Source: Promethearchaeia archaeon
Lineage (GTDB): Archaea; Asgardarchaeota; Lokiarchaeia; Sigyniarchaeales; SOKP01
DNA: 64,000 nucleotides
Direction of reading: 5' to 3'
NCBI GenBank assembly: GCA_029856045.1
Contig: JAHQWG010000028.1
Location: forward strand, 288,001-352,000
Positions 41,378 to 51,086 of the stretch are shown here, piece by piece. Within the stretch, counting starts at the first letter, position 1. Each line of letters opens with the position of its first letter. The notes below the pieces were generated by a model. That model saw only the letters and a program-made list of their open reading frames with translations, was not told the DNA's origin and searched no databases. The position numbers and the translations under genes are program-made.

Positions 41378-41944
41378 ATGGAGCAGATAGAAAGCACAAA
41401 TGAAATTACAATGGATGAGATTGAAGAATTAGATGAACAACTTATTAATATTGAGAATTGGGTAAAATTTTTTGATGGAGAGATAAAAACTATAAAAAAT
41501 GATGTCAGTAATATTCGAGAGCAAATAAAAACTCAAGAAAAAACTATAAAAAATGATGTCAGTAATATTCGAGAGCAAATAAAAACTCAAGAAGAAATAA
41601 TCAATAGTAAATTTAAAGAATTTTCTGAGCAATATTTAATTGATAAAAAAAATATGACAGCAAAATTACAAGAAATTGAAAGTGAATATGATACAATGAA
41701 AATTTCCTTGGCAATAAATGAAAAACACCTATTGGAAAGGTTAAAATCGATGATAAGTGCCGAGATAGACATGGCTGTTAAAGGTAAGGAGCAGGAATTA
41801 CTTATGAATTTGTGGATTGATGAATTAAATCAGATTATTTCGGATTTTGAAAAATTAAAGAGCATGCATCCAAAGGAATTTTCACTTCGGATTAATGAAA
41901 TATCAAAAACAGTTGAGATATTTAAACAAAATCTTAAAAAATAG
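41378..41944 (+). CDS. coiled-coil protein
   Basis: Heptad-rich E/K/I/L composition; 26 nt downstream of the GTPase gene. Confidence 0.75.
   Translation: MEQIESTNEITMDEIEELDEQLINIENWVKFFDGEIKTIKNDVSNIREQIKTQEKTIKNDVSNIREQIKTQEEIINSKFKEFSEQYLIDKKNMTAKLQEIESEYDTMKISLAINEKHLLERLKSMISAEIDMAVKGKEQELLMNLWIDELNQIISDFEKLKSMHPKEFSLRINEISKTVEIFKQNLKK
41486..41593 (+). repeat. perfect in-frame 54-bp tandem duplication (KTIKNDVSNIREQIKTQE x2)
   Basis: 41486-41539 is identical to 41540-41593. Confidence 0.92.
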
Positions 41945-42089
41945 AATTTATATTCCTGCTTTTTACAAAGTTAATCTAAGTTAATTTCCTTTTAATTAAA
42001 TTTATTGCATTTATTCAATTATTCTAAATTATAAATGCCTCGTCTAAATAAATATAAATAAATTCGCTCAATATTTTTTGTTATAACCA

Positions 42090-43322
42090 ATGATTGATCA
42101 AAATTTTATTGAATTTTTAATACCAATATTAGTCTCTTTATTCTGTGGTTTTATTATTGGAATTGAACGAACAAGAGTATCTGCACAATATGGTGCTAGA
42201 GATCATATATTTTTTTCAATAATATCTACTACAATTATTATTCTATATGATAAATTTTTGCAAGATCTAGGTTTTTATATTCTTATTATTATTTTTGGAG
42301 GAATGATTGTATTTTTATTAATTGGTACTTTTTATCGATTATTTAGAACTGATGACCCAGGATATACGACAACATTATCTATGCTTTTGGCAATGGTTGT
42401 TGGAATCGTTAGTTATTATAATTCTTATCTTGCTATAACTATTTCAGTTATATTTTTAATAATCCTTTCTACTAAAAAGCAATTCTATAAAATACAAAAG
42501 TTAAAAGATATTGAATGGACAGGAACTGTTGAATTTTTAGCAATTATGATATTAACGCTTATACTTTTCCCTCAATATTTAATAATTTATAATATTCAAA
42601 TTGTTACTATAGTATATGTTTTTCTAACCATTTTAGCGATTAAATATTTCTCATATTTTCTTCTTAAATCGTCATCGGAAAAGAATTTATATGTTTTATC
42701 GATATTAGGAGGCTTTGCTCATAGTGAAGCTACTACTAAAGAATTAGCTGAAATTGACGCTCATCCTGCAACTGTTTCATTATTACTTCAGACTATGATC
42801 ATTAGAATCCTTTTAGTAATAATTCTAATCTCATTTGAATTAACCGTTAGATTATTTTACCCATTAATATTAACAACCATAATTGGCATAATTATAAATA
42901 TATTAATTTTAAGGAAAAAAGAGAAAAAGTATATTCTTCAAAAAGTGAAGAACCCTCTTTCTTTAAAATCAGCTTTAATTTTTTCTTCTACCTATTTACT
43001 TGCGGTGTTCTTAACGATTATATTTAAAAATATTCAAATCCCATATCAGTTATATCTCCCAATTGCAATTCTGATGGGATTATTATCTGGTGGTGCAAGT
43101 TCATTATTTACATCTACAGCATATATTTCAGGATTAGTTGAAATTAATTTGGCTATTAATATGATTGTTTTTGGATTATGTGCTACAATATTAAATAAAT
43201 TATTATATTATTATCGCTTTCAAAAAACAAGAAGTAAAAAAAATATAATCAATTTAATATTATATTTGTCATTAACAGTAATAATTCTTTTATTTTTCTC
43301 ATTTACTATAGGTTTTTTATGA
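42090..43322 (+). CDS. MgtC/SapB family membrane protein (DUF4010-type)
   Basis: GFIIGIER...GARD, GYTT, LGGFAHSEATT, NPLSLKSAL. Confidence 0.8.
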   Translation: MIDQNFIEFLIPILVSLFCGFIIGIERTRVSAQYGARDHIFFSIISTTIIILYDKFLQDLGFYILIIIFGGMIVFLLIGTFYRLFRTDDPGYTTTLSMLLAMVVGIVSYYNSYLAITISVIFLIILSTKKQFYKIQKLKDIEWTGTVEFLAIMILTLILFPQYLIIYNIQIVTIVYVFLTILAIKYFSYFLLKSSSEKNLYVLSILGGFAHSEATTKELAEIDAHPATVSLLLQTMIIRILLVIILISFELTVRLFYPLILTTIIGIIINILILRKKEKKYILQKVKNPLSLKSALIFSSTYLLAVFLTIIFKNIQIPYQLYLPIAILMGLLSGGASSLFTSTAYISGLVEINLAINMIVFGLCATILNKLLYYYRFQKTRSKKNIINLILYLSLTVIILLFFSFTIGFL

Positions 43323-43427
43323 TTTCCAGTTAATTTAGAGCTTGATTTTGAATTTATTATTTTTGTTGTAAAAAAGGATTCAATATCAAGTGTTTTATGT
43401 TTGTATTTTTAGATCTAAGAAAAAGTC

Positions 43428-43451
43428 TTATAACAAAAAGTTTAAATATGT
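43428..43451 (+). promoter_or_regulatory. 24-bp promoter element TTATAACAAAAAGTTTAAATATGT, copy 2
   Basis: Identical to the reverse complement of 39504-39527; 86 nt upstream of the 64-aa ORF. Confidence 0.65.
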
Positions 43452-43537
43452 AAAAGAAAATATTTTAGTACTAAATATTCGTTTCTTTTTGGTAAAAAAA
43501 AAGCTCAAGACAAAAAAAGAACTCAAAAAGTGATATA

Positions 43538-43732
43538 ATGAAAGTATTATTAAATAATTTGATATATTCTAAAAAAAATTTACTTATAAATACTCCGTTT
43601 AAAGAATCAAGCAATATAAAGCAAGATAATTTTTATCTTGAACAATTTAGAGTAAAAGATATTTTTACTGAGATTGATTTCGCTCGTTTACAAAGATTAA
43701 GAAACAAAGCAAATAGGATTAAAAAGTTATAA
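43538..43732 (+). CDS. small basic hypothetical protein (64 aa)
   Basis: ATG with GTGA SD-like element, upstream promoter and downstream hairpin/T-run. Confidence 0.6.
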   Translation: MKVLLNNLIYSKKNLLINTPFKESSNIKQDNFYLEQFRVKDIFTEIDFARLQRLRNKANRIKKL

Positions 43733-43785
43733 AGCAATTTGAGATAAAATTTAAAAAAAGCCAAATAGGGTAAATGGGGGAGAAC

Positions 43786-43821
43786 GGCTTCTCCTTATAG
43801 GGAGAAGCCACCTTTTTTTTT
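43786..43821 (+). terminator. GC-rich hairpin plus poly-T (intrinsic terminator-like)
   Basis: GGCTTCTCC-ttatag-GGAGAAGCC then ACC and T9. Confidence 0.7.
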
Positions 43822-44034
43822 CCTTGTCAAGTAATAAATTAAATAGAATTTAAATCTAGTTATAAAAATAAATATAGTTAATAATAAGTTTATTAGTAAG
43901 TGTTTTTTAGGTTAAAAAATATCGAAAAAGTTAATAAAAATTTAATCTATTAAGAAGTATTAGATATAAGGAATTTTAAATTAACATTAAAAAACTATAA
44001 TCAAATAAAAAAAAACAAAAGTAAGTGAATTACT

Positions 44035-44805
44035 ATGGATTGGGGAATGAAAAATCGCTTATCACGGATAATTAACCCAAAATCTGGGCATTGTGTAATG
44101 TTAGCGGTTGATCACGGTTATTTTGGGAATGTTCCGGGTGCTTTAAAACGTTTTGAAGATTTAAATATACTTTTTGAATACGCTGATGCTTTAATGTTAA
44201 CACGTGGAATGCTTCGAAACTGTGTTCCTGCAGAAGTTAATAAACCAATAGTTCTGAGAGTTTCAGCTGGTGCAAGTATGCTTAAAGAACTCTCAAATGA
44301 AGAAATCAATGTTACGATAGATGATGCGATTAGATTGAATGTATCTGCTATCACATGCTCGATTTTTATTGGTGGTGAATATGAGAAACAATCAATTATG
44401 AATCTTTCAAAATTAGTAAATTGGGGTCAAACTTATGGTATCCCGGTTCTAGCAGTTACTGCTGTTGGTAGAGAGATGGTAAGAGATGCAAGATATTTGA
44501 GTATGGCATCTCGAATGGCAGCTGAAATGGGTGCAACTTTCGTTAAGACTTATTATTGCGAAGATTTTGAAGAAGTTACTAGTATATGCCCGGCACCAGT
44601 TGTTATTGCAGGTGGTAAGAAAATTGAAGAACGTGATGCCTTACAGATGGCTAAAAATGCTATAGATAAAGGGGCAGTCGGCGTAGACATGGGAAGGAAT
44701 ATTTTTCAATCTGATAAACCTGTTGGAATGATTAAAGCAGTAAGAGAAATTGTCCATAATAACGCTAGTGTAGATGATGCATTTGAAATTTACCAAAATG
44801 GGTAA
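44035..44805 (+). CDS. lsrF: LsrF-type thiolase / class I aldolase family
   Basis: [43 protein letters not shown]. Confidence 0.85.
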   Translation: MDWGMKNRLSRIINPKSGHCVMLAVDHGYFGNVPGALKRFEDLNILFEYADALMLTRGMLRNCVPAEVNKPIVLRVSAGASMLKELSNEEINVTIDDAIRLNVSAITCSIFIGGEYEKQSIMNLSKLVNWGQTYGIPVLAVTAVGREMVRDARYLSMASRMAAEMGATFVKTYYCEDFEEVTSICPAPVVIAGGKKIEERDALQMAKNAIDKGAVGVDMGRNIFQSDKPVGMIKAVREIVHNNASVDDAFEIYQNG

Positions 44806-44867
44806 ATTAAAAATTTCCTTAATTTTTTTTTAATATATATTTATTATTTAATTGGGATTTTGGTCAA

Positions 44868-45818
44868 GTGACAAGATCTAAGATAGATAACATCAGAATT
44901 GACGAAATAGCGGATAAAGTTTTACTTATTCATCAAATAAAAGCATCTGGACCTTTTACTAGATGTGATGGGTTGCTCATATTACCTAAAGAAGATCGTA
45001 ATTCTAAAACCGTTGTTCTTGACTTAAATGTAGAACCCAAATGCATTAAATCTATCAATGAAGTATATGGACCAGTCTCAGAATATGTGTGTAGTCATGG
45101 ACATATGGATCATATCACCCATGTTTATATGTGGGAGCGATTCGGTGCGAATATATATGGTTTTATTCCGGAAGCTAATTATTTGCTTAATCTATACAAT
45201 CTTTTTGAAGGTTTTGGGTTCAATGAAGCTATGGACTTTTCAATAATAGAAAAATTTGCAGAACTTAATAAATATCATGAATGTAATAATGTTATTCCAA
45301 TTAAACCTGGCTCTAAATTAAAATTTGAAAATTTTAAAATTGAAACTATTCCATTTCAGGGTCATTCATTAGCTAATGTGGGCTTTTACCTTCCCGTAGA
45401 AAGAATACTACATATCGGATGCCTTGGGTTTGACCTTTCTAAGCTAAATAGTGAAGGTTTTGGTCCGTGGTATGGTTTCAAACAATGTTCTATTCTACAA
45501 TATCTAAAGGATATTGATTTCGCTGAATCTTTATATCTTAGAAAGGCTGATTTCTTGACTTCAAGCCACGGGTATGTTGTAAAAAATCCCGACAGAAGTC
45601 CATTTGACTATATGAGGAAAAAAATCGAAAGTAACAAGCTAAAGATTGATCAAGCTTTAAAATCCTTAAATCCACCATTAAAATCCGAAGAAGAAACTGT
45701 AAAAAAATTACTCAAAATGGATATTTTTTTTCCAAAAAGAAATATGAGTGGATTCATGCTAGAAATTTACACTTTTTGGGAATATTGGATAATTAAAAAT
45801 CACATCCAGCTTATTTAA
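44868..45818 (+). CDS. metallo-beta-lactamase fold hydrolase
   Basis: SHGHMDH, GHS, SSHG motifs. Confidence 0.8.
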   Translation: MTRSKIDNIRIDEIADKVLLIHQIKASGPFTRCDGLLILPKEDRNSKTVVLDLNVEPKCIKSINEVYGPVSEYVCSHGHMDHITHVYMWERFGANIYGFIPEANYLLNLYNLFEGFGFNEAMDFSIIEKFAELNKYHECNNVIPIKPGSKLKFENFKIETIPFQGHSLANVGFYLPVERILHIGCLGFDLSKLNSEGFGPWYGFKQCSILQYLKDIDFAESLYLRKADFLTSSHGYVVKNPDRSPFDYMRKKIESNKLKIDQALKSLNPPLKSEEETVKKLLKMDIFFPKRNMSGFMLEIYTFWEYWIIKNHIQLI

Positions 45819-45876
45819 TTTATTATCAGATAATAAGAAAGATATATTTAATTTGATCTTAACCTTTAGGATTAGG

Positions 45877-46845
45877 CTATTTCCCTTTATAATATGGCGA
45901 TTTTCTAAGTATATGTTTTTTAGCAATTGGACGAATAATCAGAGGAAAAATTTGATTGAAAAATCTTGAGTTTTTAACTTTTTTCTTGACTTCTTTAAAA
46001 TAATCATCAAGAGTGTATCTCTGATATTGAAGTAAATTTTGACTTTTTTCTGTATCCATAAATCCACAGTGAAAATCATCTTCACTAAAGGCCTCGGAAG
46101 GTAAAAAATTGGTTCCAAGACCAAACAATTTAAACATTCTATTAAGATAATCCCTATAGATAATCCGACATTTTTGTCCTCCGGAGATATTCAATGTTTC
46201 ACCCCAAATTTCATTATTTTCCACCGAATTTGCAAGAGCAAGTCCAACATCTTTAGTATCGCAAATCTCAATACATGTATCTATTGGCATATCAAACATT
46301 ATGGGGTCCATTTGAAGTTTATTAGGGGAGACAATATAAGTTAAGCGCAAAATAACCCATTTTAAATTAGAAGATCTGATGAGATCTTCACATTTTAGTT
46401 TTTGTTTGGCATATTCATCATCAATTGTGGGATTAGGAGGGTCGCTAGTCCTAATTAAAGGAGATTTACGGCGATCTCCATAAATTGCTATCGAAGATGT
46501 ATAAACCAATCGAGGTTTTTGGGGTTGAATTTCCATTGCCTTAATAATATTTGAGGTACCTCCAACATTAACTTCTTCGGCAAATTTTGGTTGTGCATCA
46601 GCAAGTGGAGGAATTATGGCAGCAACATGCAATACGACATCCATTCCTGAGACGGCTTTATTAACATCCTCACTATTCCGTAAATCCCCCCAAATTATTT
46701 CAACTTTTCCTTCATAATCTTTTGCTATCTTTTTATTTTTAGAATTCTCAATATCAAAAATTCTAATATTATAATTTTTTTTAGATAATTCCTTTATAGT
46801 GCTTAATCCGACATTTCCAAAAGCTCCTGTAAGAAGAACATTCAT
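45877..46845 (-). CDS. NAD-dependent epimerase/dehydratase (extended SDR; 3-beta-HSD-like)
   Basis: TGAFGNVG, HVAA, YTSS, YAKQK. Confidence 0.88.
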   Translation of the reverse strand: MNVLLTGAFGNVGLSTIKELSKKNYNIRIFDIENSKNKKIAKDYEGKVEIIWGDLRNSEDVNKAVSGMDVVLHVAAIIPPLADAQPKFAEEVNVGGTSNIIKAMEIQPQKPRLVYTSSIAIYGDRRKSPLIRTSDPPNPTIDDEYAKQKLKCEDLIRSSNLKWVILRLTYIVSPNKLQMDPIMFDMPIDTCIEICDTKDVGLALANSVENNEIWGETLNISGGQKCRIIYRDYLNRMFKLFGLGTNFLPSEAFSEDDFHCGFMDTEKSQNLLQYQRYTLDDYFKEVKKKVKNSRFFNQIFPLIIRPIAKKHILRKSPYYKGK

Positions 46846-46957
46846 TTATTTCACTCTTTAATTAAAGAAAAAATTAATTTATCATAAAAATAATATTCAA
46901 TTCGTATTAAAAGTTACAAAATTTACAAATATTTGTGTTTAATTATTATTGACATTG

Positions 46958-47998
46958 TTAAGGTTCGAAAATAACCTTTAAAGATTCATTCGCTTCACAG
47001 ACTACTTTAAAAGCATCTCCAGCTCTACTTAGTGGAAATCGGTGGGAAATTAAATCTACTACCTTTATTTTTTTAGATTTAATCCATTCAAATGCTTCAT
47101 CAAGATCTTCAGGAGCAGCACCATAAGAAGTCATAATAACAACCTCATTCCTCCAGTAATCATTTATGGGGATTTCTATGTTTATACCTGGTTTTGGGAC
47201 TGCAAAGTAAATAATAACCGTTCCAGGGCCTGCATATTCTATAGCCTGTTTTGCAGCAGATAATGCACCTGTACATACAATTATACAATCAGGAGGTCTG
47301 TTTTCGTTAAATTTTTTTACCTCTGCGATTATATTTTTGCTTGCATGAAGAACTAATTCTGCTCCGAATTCTTTTGCCTTTTTTAATCGATATTCACTAA
47401 TATCAGTTGTAATTATTTTTTCAACACCTTTTGCTTTTGCTAACTTAAGATGTAATAATCCAGAGACACCACTACCTAAAATTAATAGGGTTTGTCCTTT
47501 TCTAATATTTGCTAAACGCTGGGCTCGACATACGCATCCTAATGGTTCAATAAAAACGCCCTCATCATATGTCATATTCTCTGATAAAATATATACTCCT
47601 TTTTTTTCTAAATTTATTTTTGGAATTCTGATATATTCTGCAAAACCTCCAGGGTCATAATTTGTATTGTGCAATAAATGACAAGCGGTATGGTGGCCAA
47701 GTCGGCAGTAATGGCAATCGAAATCCGGTACGTGATGGGATACAAAAACTCGATCCCCTAACTTATAATCTAAAACACTTTCACCTATTTCAATAATATC
47801 ACCCGTCATCTCATGACCGAGAACTAGACTATTGACTCCCAATTTTTTCATTTTAGCAAAACGATAATATTCTAAAATATCGCTTCCACAAATCCCGGAT
47901 TTTTTTACTTTTATTAATAATTCTCCAGAATTAATCTGAGGTTTTGGCATTTCTTCTAATCTAACATCATCATTATTATAATATTTTGCGACTTTCAT
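46958..47998 (-). CDS. Zn-dependent polyol/alcohol dehydrogenase (sorbitol/L-iditol dehydrogenase-like)
   Basis: GICGSD, GHE, C..C.......C, EPLGC, GSGVSG. Confidence 0.88.
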   Translation of the reverse strand: MKVAKYYNNDDVRLEEMPKPQINSGELLIKVKKSGICGSDILEYYRFAKMKKLGVNSLVLGHEMTGDIIEIGESVLDYKLGDRVFVSHHVPDFDCHYCRLGHHTACHLLHNTNYDPGGFAEYIRIPKINLEKKGVYILSENMTYDEGVFIEPLGCVCRAQRLANIRKGQTLLILGSGVSGLLHLKLAKAKGVEKIITTDISEYRLKKAKEFGAELVLHASKNIIAEVKKFNENRPPDCIIVCTGALSAAKQAIEYAGPGTVIIYFAVPKPGINIEIPINDYWRNEVVIMTSYGAAPEDLDEAFEWIKSKKIKVVDLISHRFPLSRAGDAFKVVCEANESLKVIFEP

Positions 47999-48118
47999 AA
48001 TAAATCTCTAAATTTCATATTCATACAGAACAAGTTGATCTAAATAGAAATAACTTTTCTTTAAATTTAACTACTTTTCTTCAACTTTTTTAAAGAATTA
48101 AATTAAATAATAATTATT

Positions 48119-48652
48119 ATGAATGCAAAAAATTCAGATCAAGCTGATATGAATAAGCTTTTTGATGAGAAAATTGAAGAATTAGAAAAGAATTTACGAT
48201 TTGGTGAAGGTGATAAAAATTGTGCTGCTTGGACATTTACAAGTATCCTAGATGTATTAGGATTAGAGAATTTCTTTTTTAATAATCTGGCTATACCTCT
48301 TGCTGGTGGCTTTGGGGGATTTAAGAGTATGCATGGATGGAAGGGACCTTGTGGTGCTGTGTGTGCTGGTTGTGCTGCAATCGGAATAATTATGGGTGGA
48401 CAAAAACCGATAAAGTTTGGAGCCAAATCAAGAATATATTTAAGAGCAGCGAAATTTGTCCATTATTTCGAAAAAGAGTTTGGTTCTGTAATTTGCGAAG
48501 ATCTTTGCGGAATAGATTTTAGCGACCCAATCGGACTTCAAAAATTTTTAGATGTTGATATTTGGGGAAATACATGCTATAAATATATTATTAAAGCTGT
48601 TGATCTTGTAAGAAAAGTAACAGATAAAGAATTAACAAGAAAATGGGGTTGA
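48119..48652 (+). CDS. C_GCAxxG_C_C family putative redox protein
   Basis: NCA...GGFGG...GPCGAVCAG...FEKEFGSVIC..C. Confidence 0.85.
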   Translation: MNAKNSDQADMNKLFDEKIEELEKNLRFGEGDKNCAAWTFTSILDVLGLENFFFNNLAIPLAGGFGGFKSMHGWKGPCGAVCAGCAAIGIIMGGQKPIKFGAKSRIYLRAAKFVHYFEKEFGSVICEDLCGIDFSDPIGLQKFLDVDIWGNTCYKYIIKAVDLVRKVTDKELTRKWG

Positions 48653-48654
48653 TA

Positions 48655-49050
48655 TCATATCGATAGTAACTCTTCTTTAGATATTTCTTGTCGGTGTTTT
48701 TGATCTGCCCATAATTTACGATAGAAATAAAAATATTCGTATAAATCTGATTTGTCTGGTGAATAAATTAGAATTCCATCATTAATAACTTGAATTTTAA
48801 TATATAATGGTAATTCAGAGAAAAATCGAATGTCATATTTTTTCGAAACAACGTTTATATTTCTTAAAAATACTGATAATAATTCGTAATTTTCTTTTTT
48901 TGGAGCTACAATACAAATATCGATATCACTTCTATTTGTCTCCCAATTATATATATAAGATCCGAATAATAATATCCCTAATATCTTTTTATTTGTAAAT
49001 GCAAATGAAAAATCATTAATTATTTGATCTATAAGTTCTTTTGATACCAT
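48655..49050 (-). CDS. mntA: MntA-type nucleotidyltransferase antitoxin
   Basis: FGSYIYNWETNRSDID (GSx10DxD); overlaps the hepT gene. Confidence 0.85.
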   Translation of the reverse strand: MVSKELIDQIINDFSFAFTNKKILGILLFGSYIYNWETNRSDIDICIVAPKKENYELLSVFLRNINVVSKKYDIRFFSELPLYIKIQVINDGILIYSPDKSDLYEYFYFYRKLWADQKHRQEISKEELLSI

Positions 49051-49466
49051 TTCCTAATAACTTCTTTATATTTTTCTATACCATCTAAATGAGACAAAAT
49101 TCCTTTATATGCAATTTTATCAACAAGACGATTATATTTATGTACAATTTTATTTCGCAGACCATGTGCTTCCTTTATAACAAGTGATAACTCTTTGGAA
49201 ATAACTTGTTTCTTAACTAAAATATCAATATTTGTATAATCATCTTTTGGGATTAGATTTAAATCTTTTATGATCATTGCTGCTAAATCTGAAATTGCCT
49301 CTATTATAATTTGATAAGCATGATATATGGATAATTGATTTCTTATATTCAATTTGTTTAAAAAATCTTTTTCTTTAATATCTCTAGTCCATTCCTTAAG
49401 ATAATTTAAGAATTCGTCTATTTGTTCTAATTTTTCTCTATATCTTACTATTCTTTTCTTATCCAT
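49029..49466 (-). CDS. hepT: HepT-like HEPN RNase toxin (DUF86)
   Basis: LRNKIVHKY = Rx4HxY motif. Confidence 0.87.
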   Translation of the reverse strand: MDKKRIVRYREKLEQIDEFLNYLKEWTRDIKEKDFLNKLNIRNQLSIYHAYQIIIEAISDLAAMIIKDLNLIPKDDYTNIDILVKKQVISKELSLVIKEAHGLRNKIVHKYNRLVDKIAYKGILSHLDGIEKYKEVIRKWYQKNL

Positions 49467-49513
49467 TCAAATATTATATATTATTTTCTTTTTTAATATT
49501 TATGCATTTGAGG

Positions 49514-51031
49514 TTAATTAATCGGCTTATCTTTTTGCATTTCTTGATATTTTAAATACAATTTATACGCTTTTTCCCATTTTGAATCATTTTTTGGGTT
49601 AAATGATTTTATTTCGAATGAATTCCTAACAATATAGCGTAATTGCTGAAGTGATTCTATTTGATCTGTCGCTACAGTCTGCATTAAAATATTTCCAATA
49701 GTTGTAGCTTCACTTGGTCCAGCATCTACAGGAAGATTAGTAGCATTGGATGTAAATTGACATAAAAGTTTATTTTGTGAACCTCCACCAATAATATAAA
49801 TTTTTTCGATCTTTTTATATGAAAATTCTTGTAATTGGTCGAGTATTTGACGATATCTAAAAGCTAATCCCTCAAAAATTATTCTAGAAATAGTACCTAT
49901 TTCCGTAGGAACATCTTGATCTGTTCCTTTACAATAATTTTGGATTGTTTCAATTATATTCTTTGGATTTAAAAACATATTATTATCTGGAAAAATAAAA
50001 CTAGTATATGGTTTTGCTCTTTTAGCTAATTTTTCAATTTCACGATAAGAAATTTTTGTTCTATTTTGTTCTTCCCATATTCGTTTACATTCTTGAATTA
50101 ACCATAATCCCATAATATTATTAAGAAAGCATATTTTTCCAAAAACCCCTCCTTCATTTGTGAAATTATATTTAAGAGCTTTTTGATTTATTATAGGTTG
50201 AGGTAATTCTAAACCCATTAAACTCCAAGTACCGGAGCTAATATAAGCCCAATTCTTAAATTCTTCTTCAAGTGGAACTGCTGCAATTGCCGCAGCAGTA
50301 TCATGACAGAGAGTTGCAATAACGGGTGTATTTTCATCTAAACAAGTTTTATTTGTTATAGAGTTATGAATTTTTCCAAGAATAGTTCCATGGTTTATAA
50401 TACCGGGAAACCATTTAGGATTGAACCCTAACTTTTCTATTAAATCAAACGCCCATTCATTCTTAATTGGATTATATAACTGCGATGTTGTTGCTAATGT
50501 ATATTCCGAGCCAATTTTTCCTGATAGTAAAAAGTTAAAATAATCTGCAATCATTAAAACTTTATTTATAATGGTGAGTTGTGGGGATTTGGATTTTACC
50601 ATAGAAAATAATTGAGTAGAGCTATTAATTGGCATGAATTGAATTCCAGTTTGATTAAAAATCTCTTCTTTTCGAACGACCTTAAACATTTCATCAACCA
50701 TTCCATCAGTTCGCTTATCTCGATAATGATGATTGAGCCCTACAAGCTCATTATTACAATCCAAAAGAACAAAATCAACTCCCCAACTATCGATTCCAAC
50801 TCCATCAAAATTGGGTCCATACTTTTCTACACACATCTTCAAACCATTTTTTATTTCTTCGAAGAGTCTTAAAGTATCCCAATATAATGAATCAAACACT
50901 TGAATAACACCATTGGAAAAACGGTATATTTCATCTAATTTTAATAGTTTGTCTTCAAGAACTCCCACTATTACTCTTCCTGAACTGGCACCTAGATCTA
51001 TTCCAATATATTTCTTCATTGGATTTTTCAT
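49514..51031 (-). CDS. rhaB: rhamnulokinase (FGGY family)
   Basis: DLGASSGR, IDSWGVDF, TGIQFM, HDTA, SSGTWSL, FTNEGG, NIMGLWLIQE. Confidence 0.87.
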   Translation of the reverse strand: MKNPMKKYIGIDLGASSGRVIVGVLEDKLLKLDEIYRFSNGVIQVFDSLYWDTLRLFEEIKNGLKMCVEKYGPNFDGVGIDSWGVDFVLLDCNNELVGLNHHYRDKRTDGMVDEMFKVVRKEEIFNQTGIQFMPINSSTQLFSMVKSKSPQLTIINKVLMIADYFNFLLSGKIGSEYTLATTSQLYNPIKNEWAFDLIEKLGFNPKWFPGIINHGTILGKIHNSITNKTCLDENTPVIATLCHDTAAAIAAVPLEEEFKNWAYISSGTWSLMGLELPQPIINQKALKYNFTNEGGVFGKICFLNNIMGLWLIQECKRIWEEQNRTKISYREIEKLAKRAKPYTSFIFPDNNMFLNPKNIIETIQNYCKGTDQDVPTEIGTISRIIFEGLAFRYRQILDQLQEFSYKKIEKIYIIGGGSQNKLLCQFTSNATNLPVDAGPSEATTIGNILMQTVATDQIESLQQLRYIVRNSFEIKSFNPKNDSKWEKAYKLYLKYQEMQKDKPIN

Positions 51032-51086
51032 AAATTATAATTAAATAGCGAAATTTTTATAATTTTTCAAATATTTATTAAAAATT

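Noticed and set aside
39504-43451. 24-bp inverted repeat read as transposon terminal inverted repeats
   Set aside because: No transposase or recombinase inside, no target-site duplication seen, and the repeat contains a TATA box pointing at outside ORFs; a shared promoter is simpler
43776-43821. Hairpin as SECIS element or tRNA fragment
   Set aside because: No upstream in-frame TGA selenoprotein candidate, no SECIS core geometry and no cloverleaf
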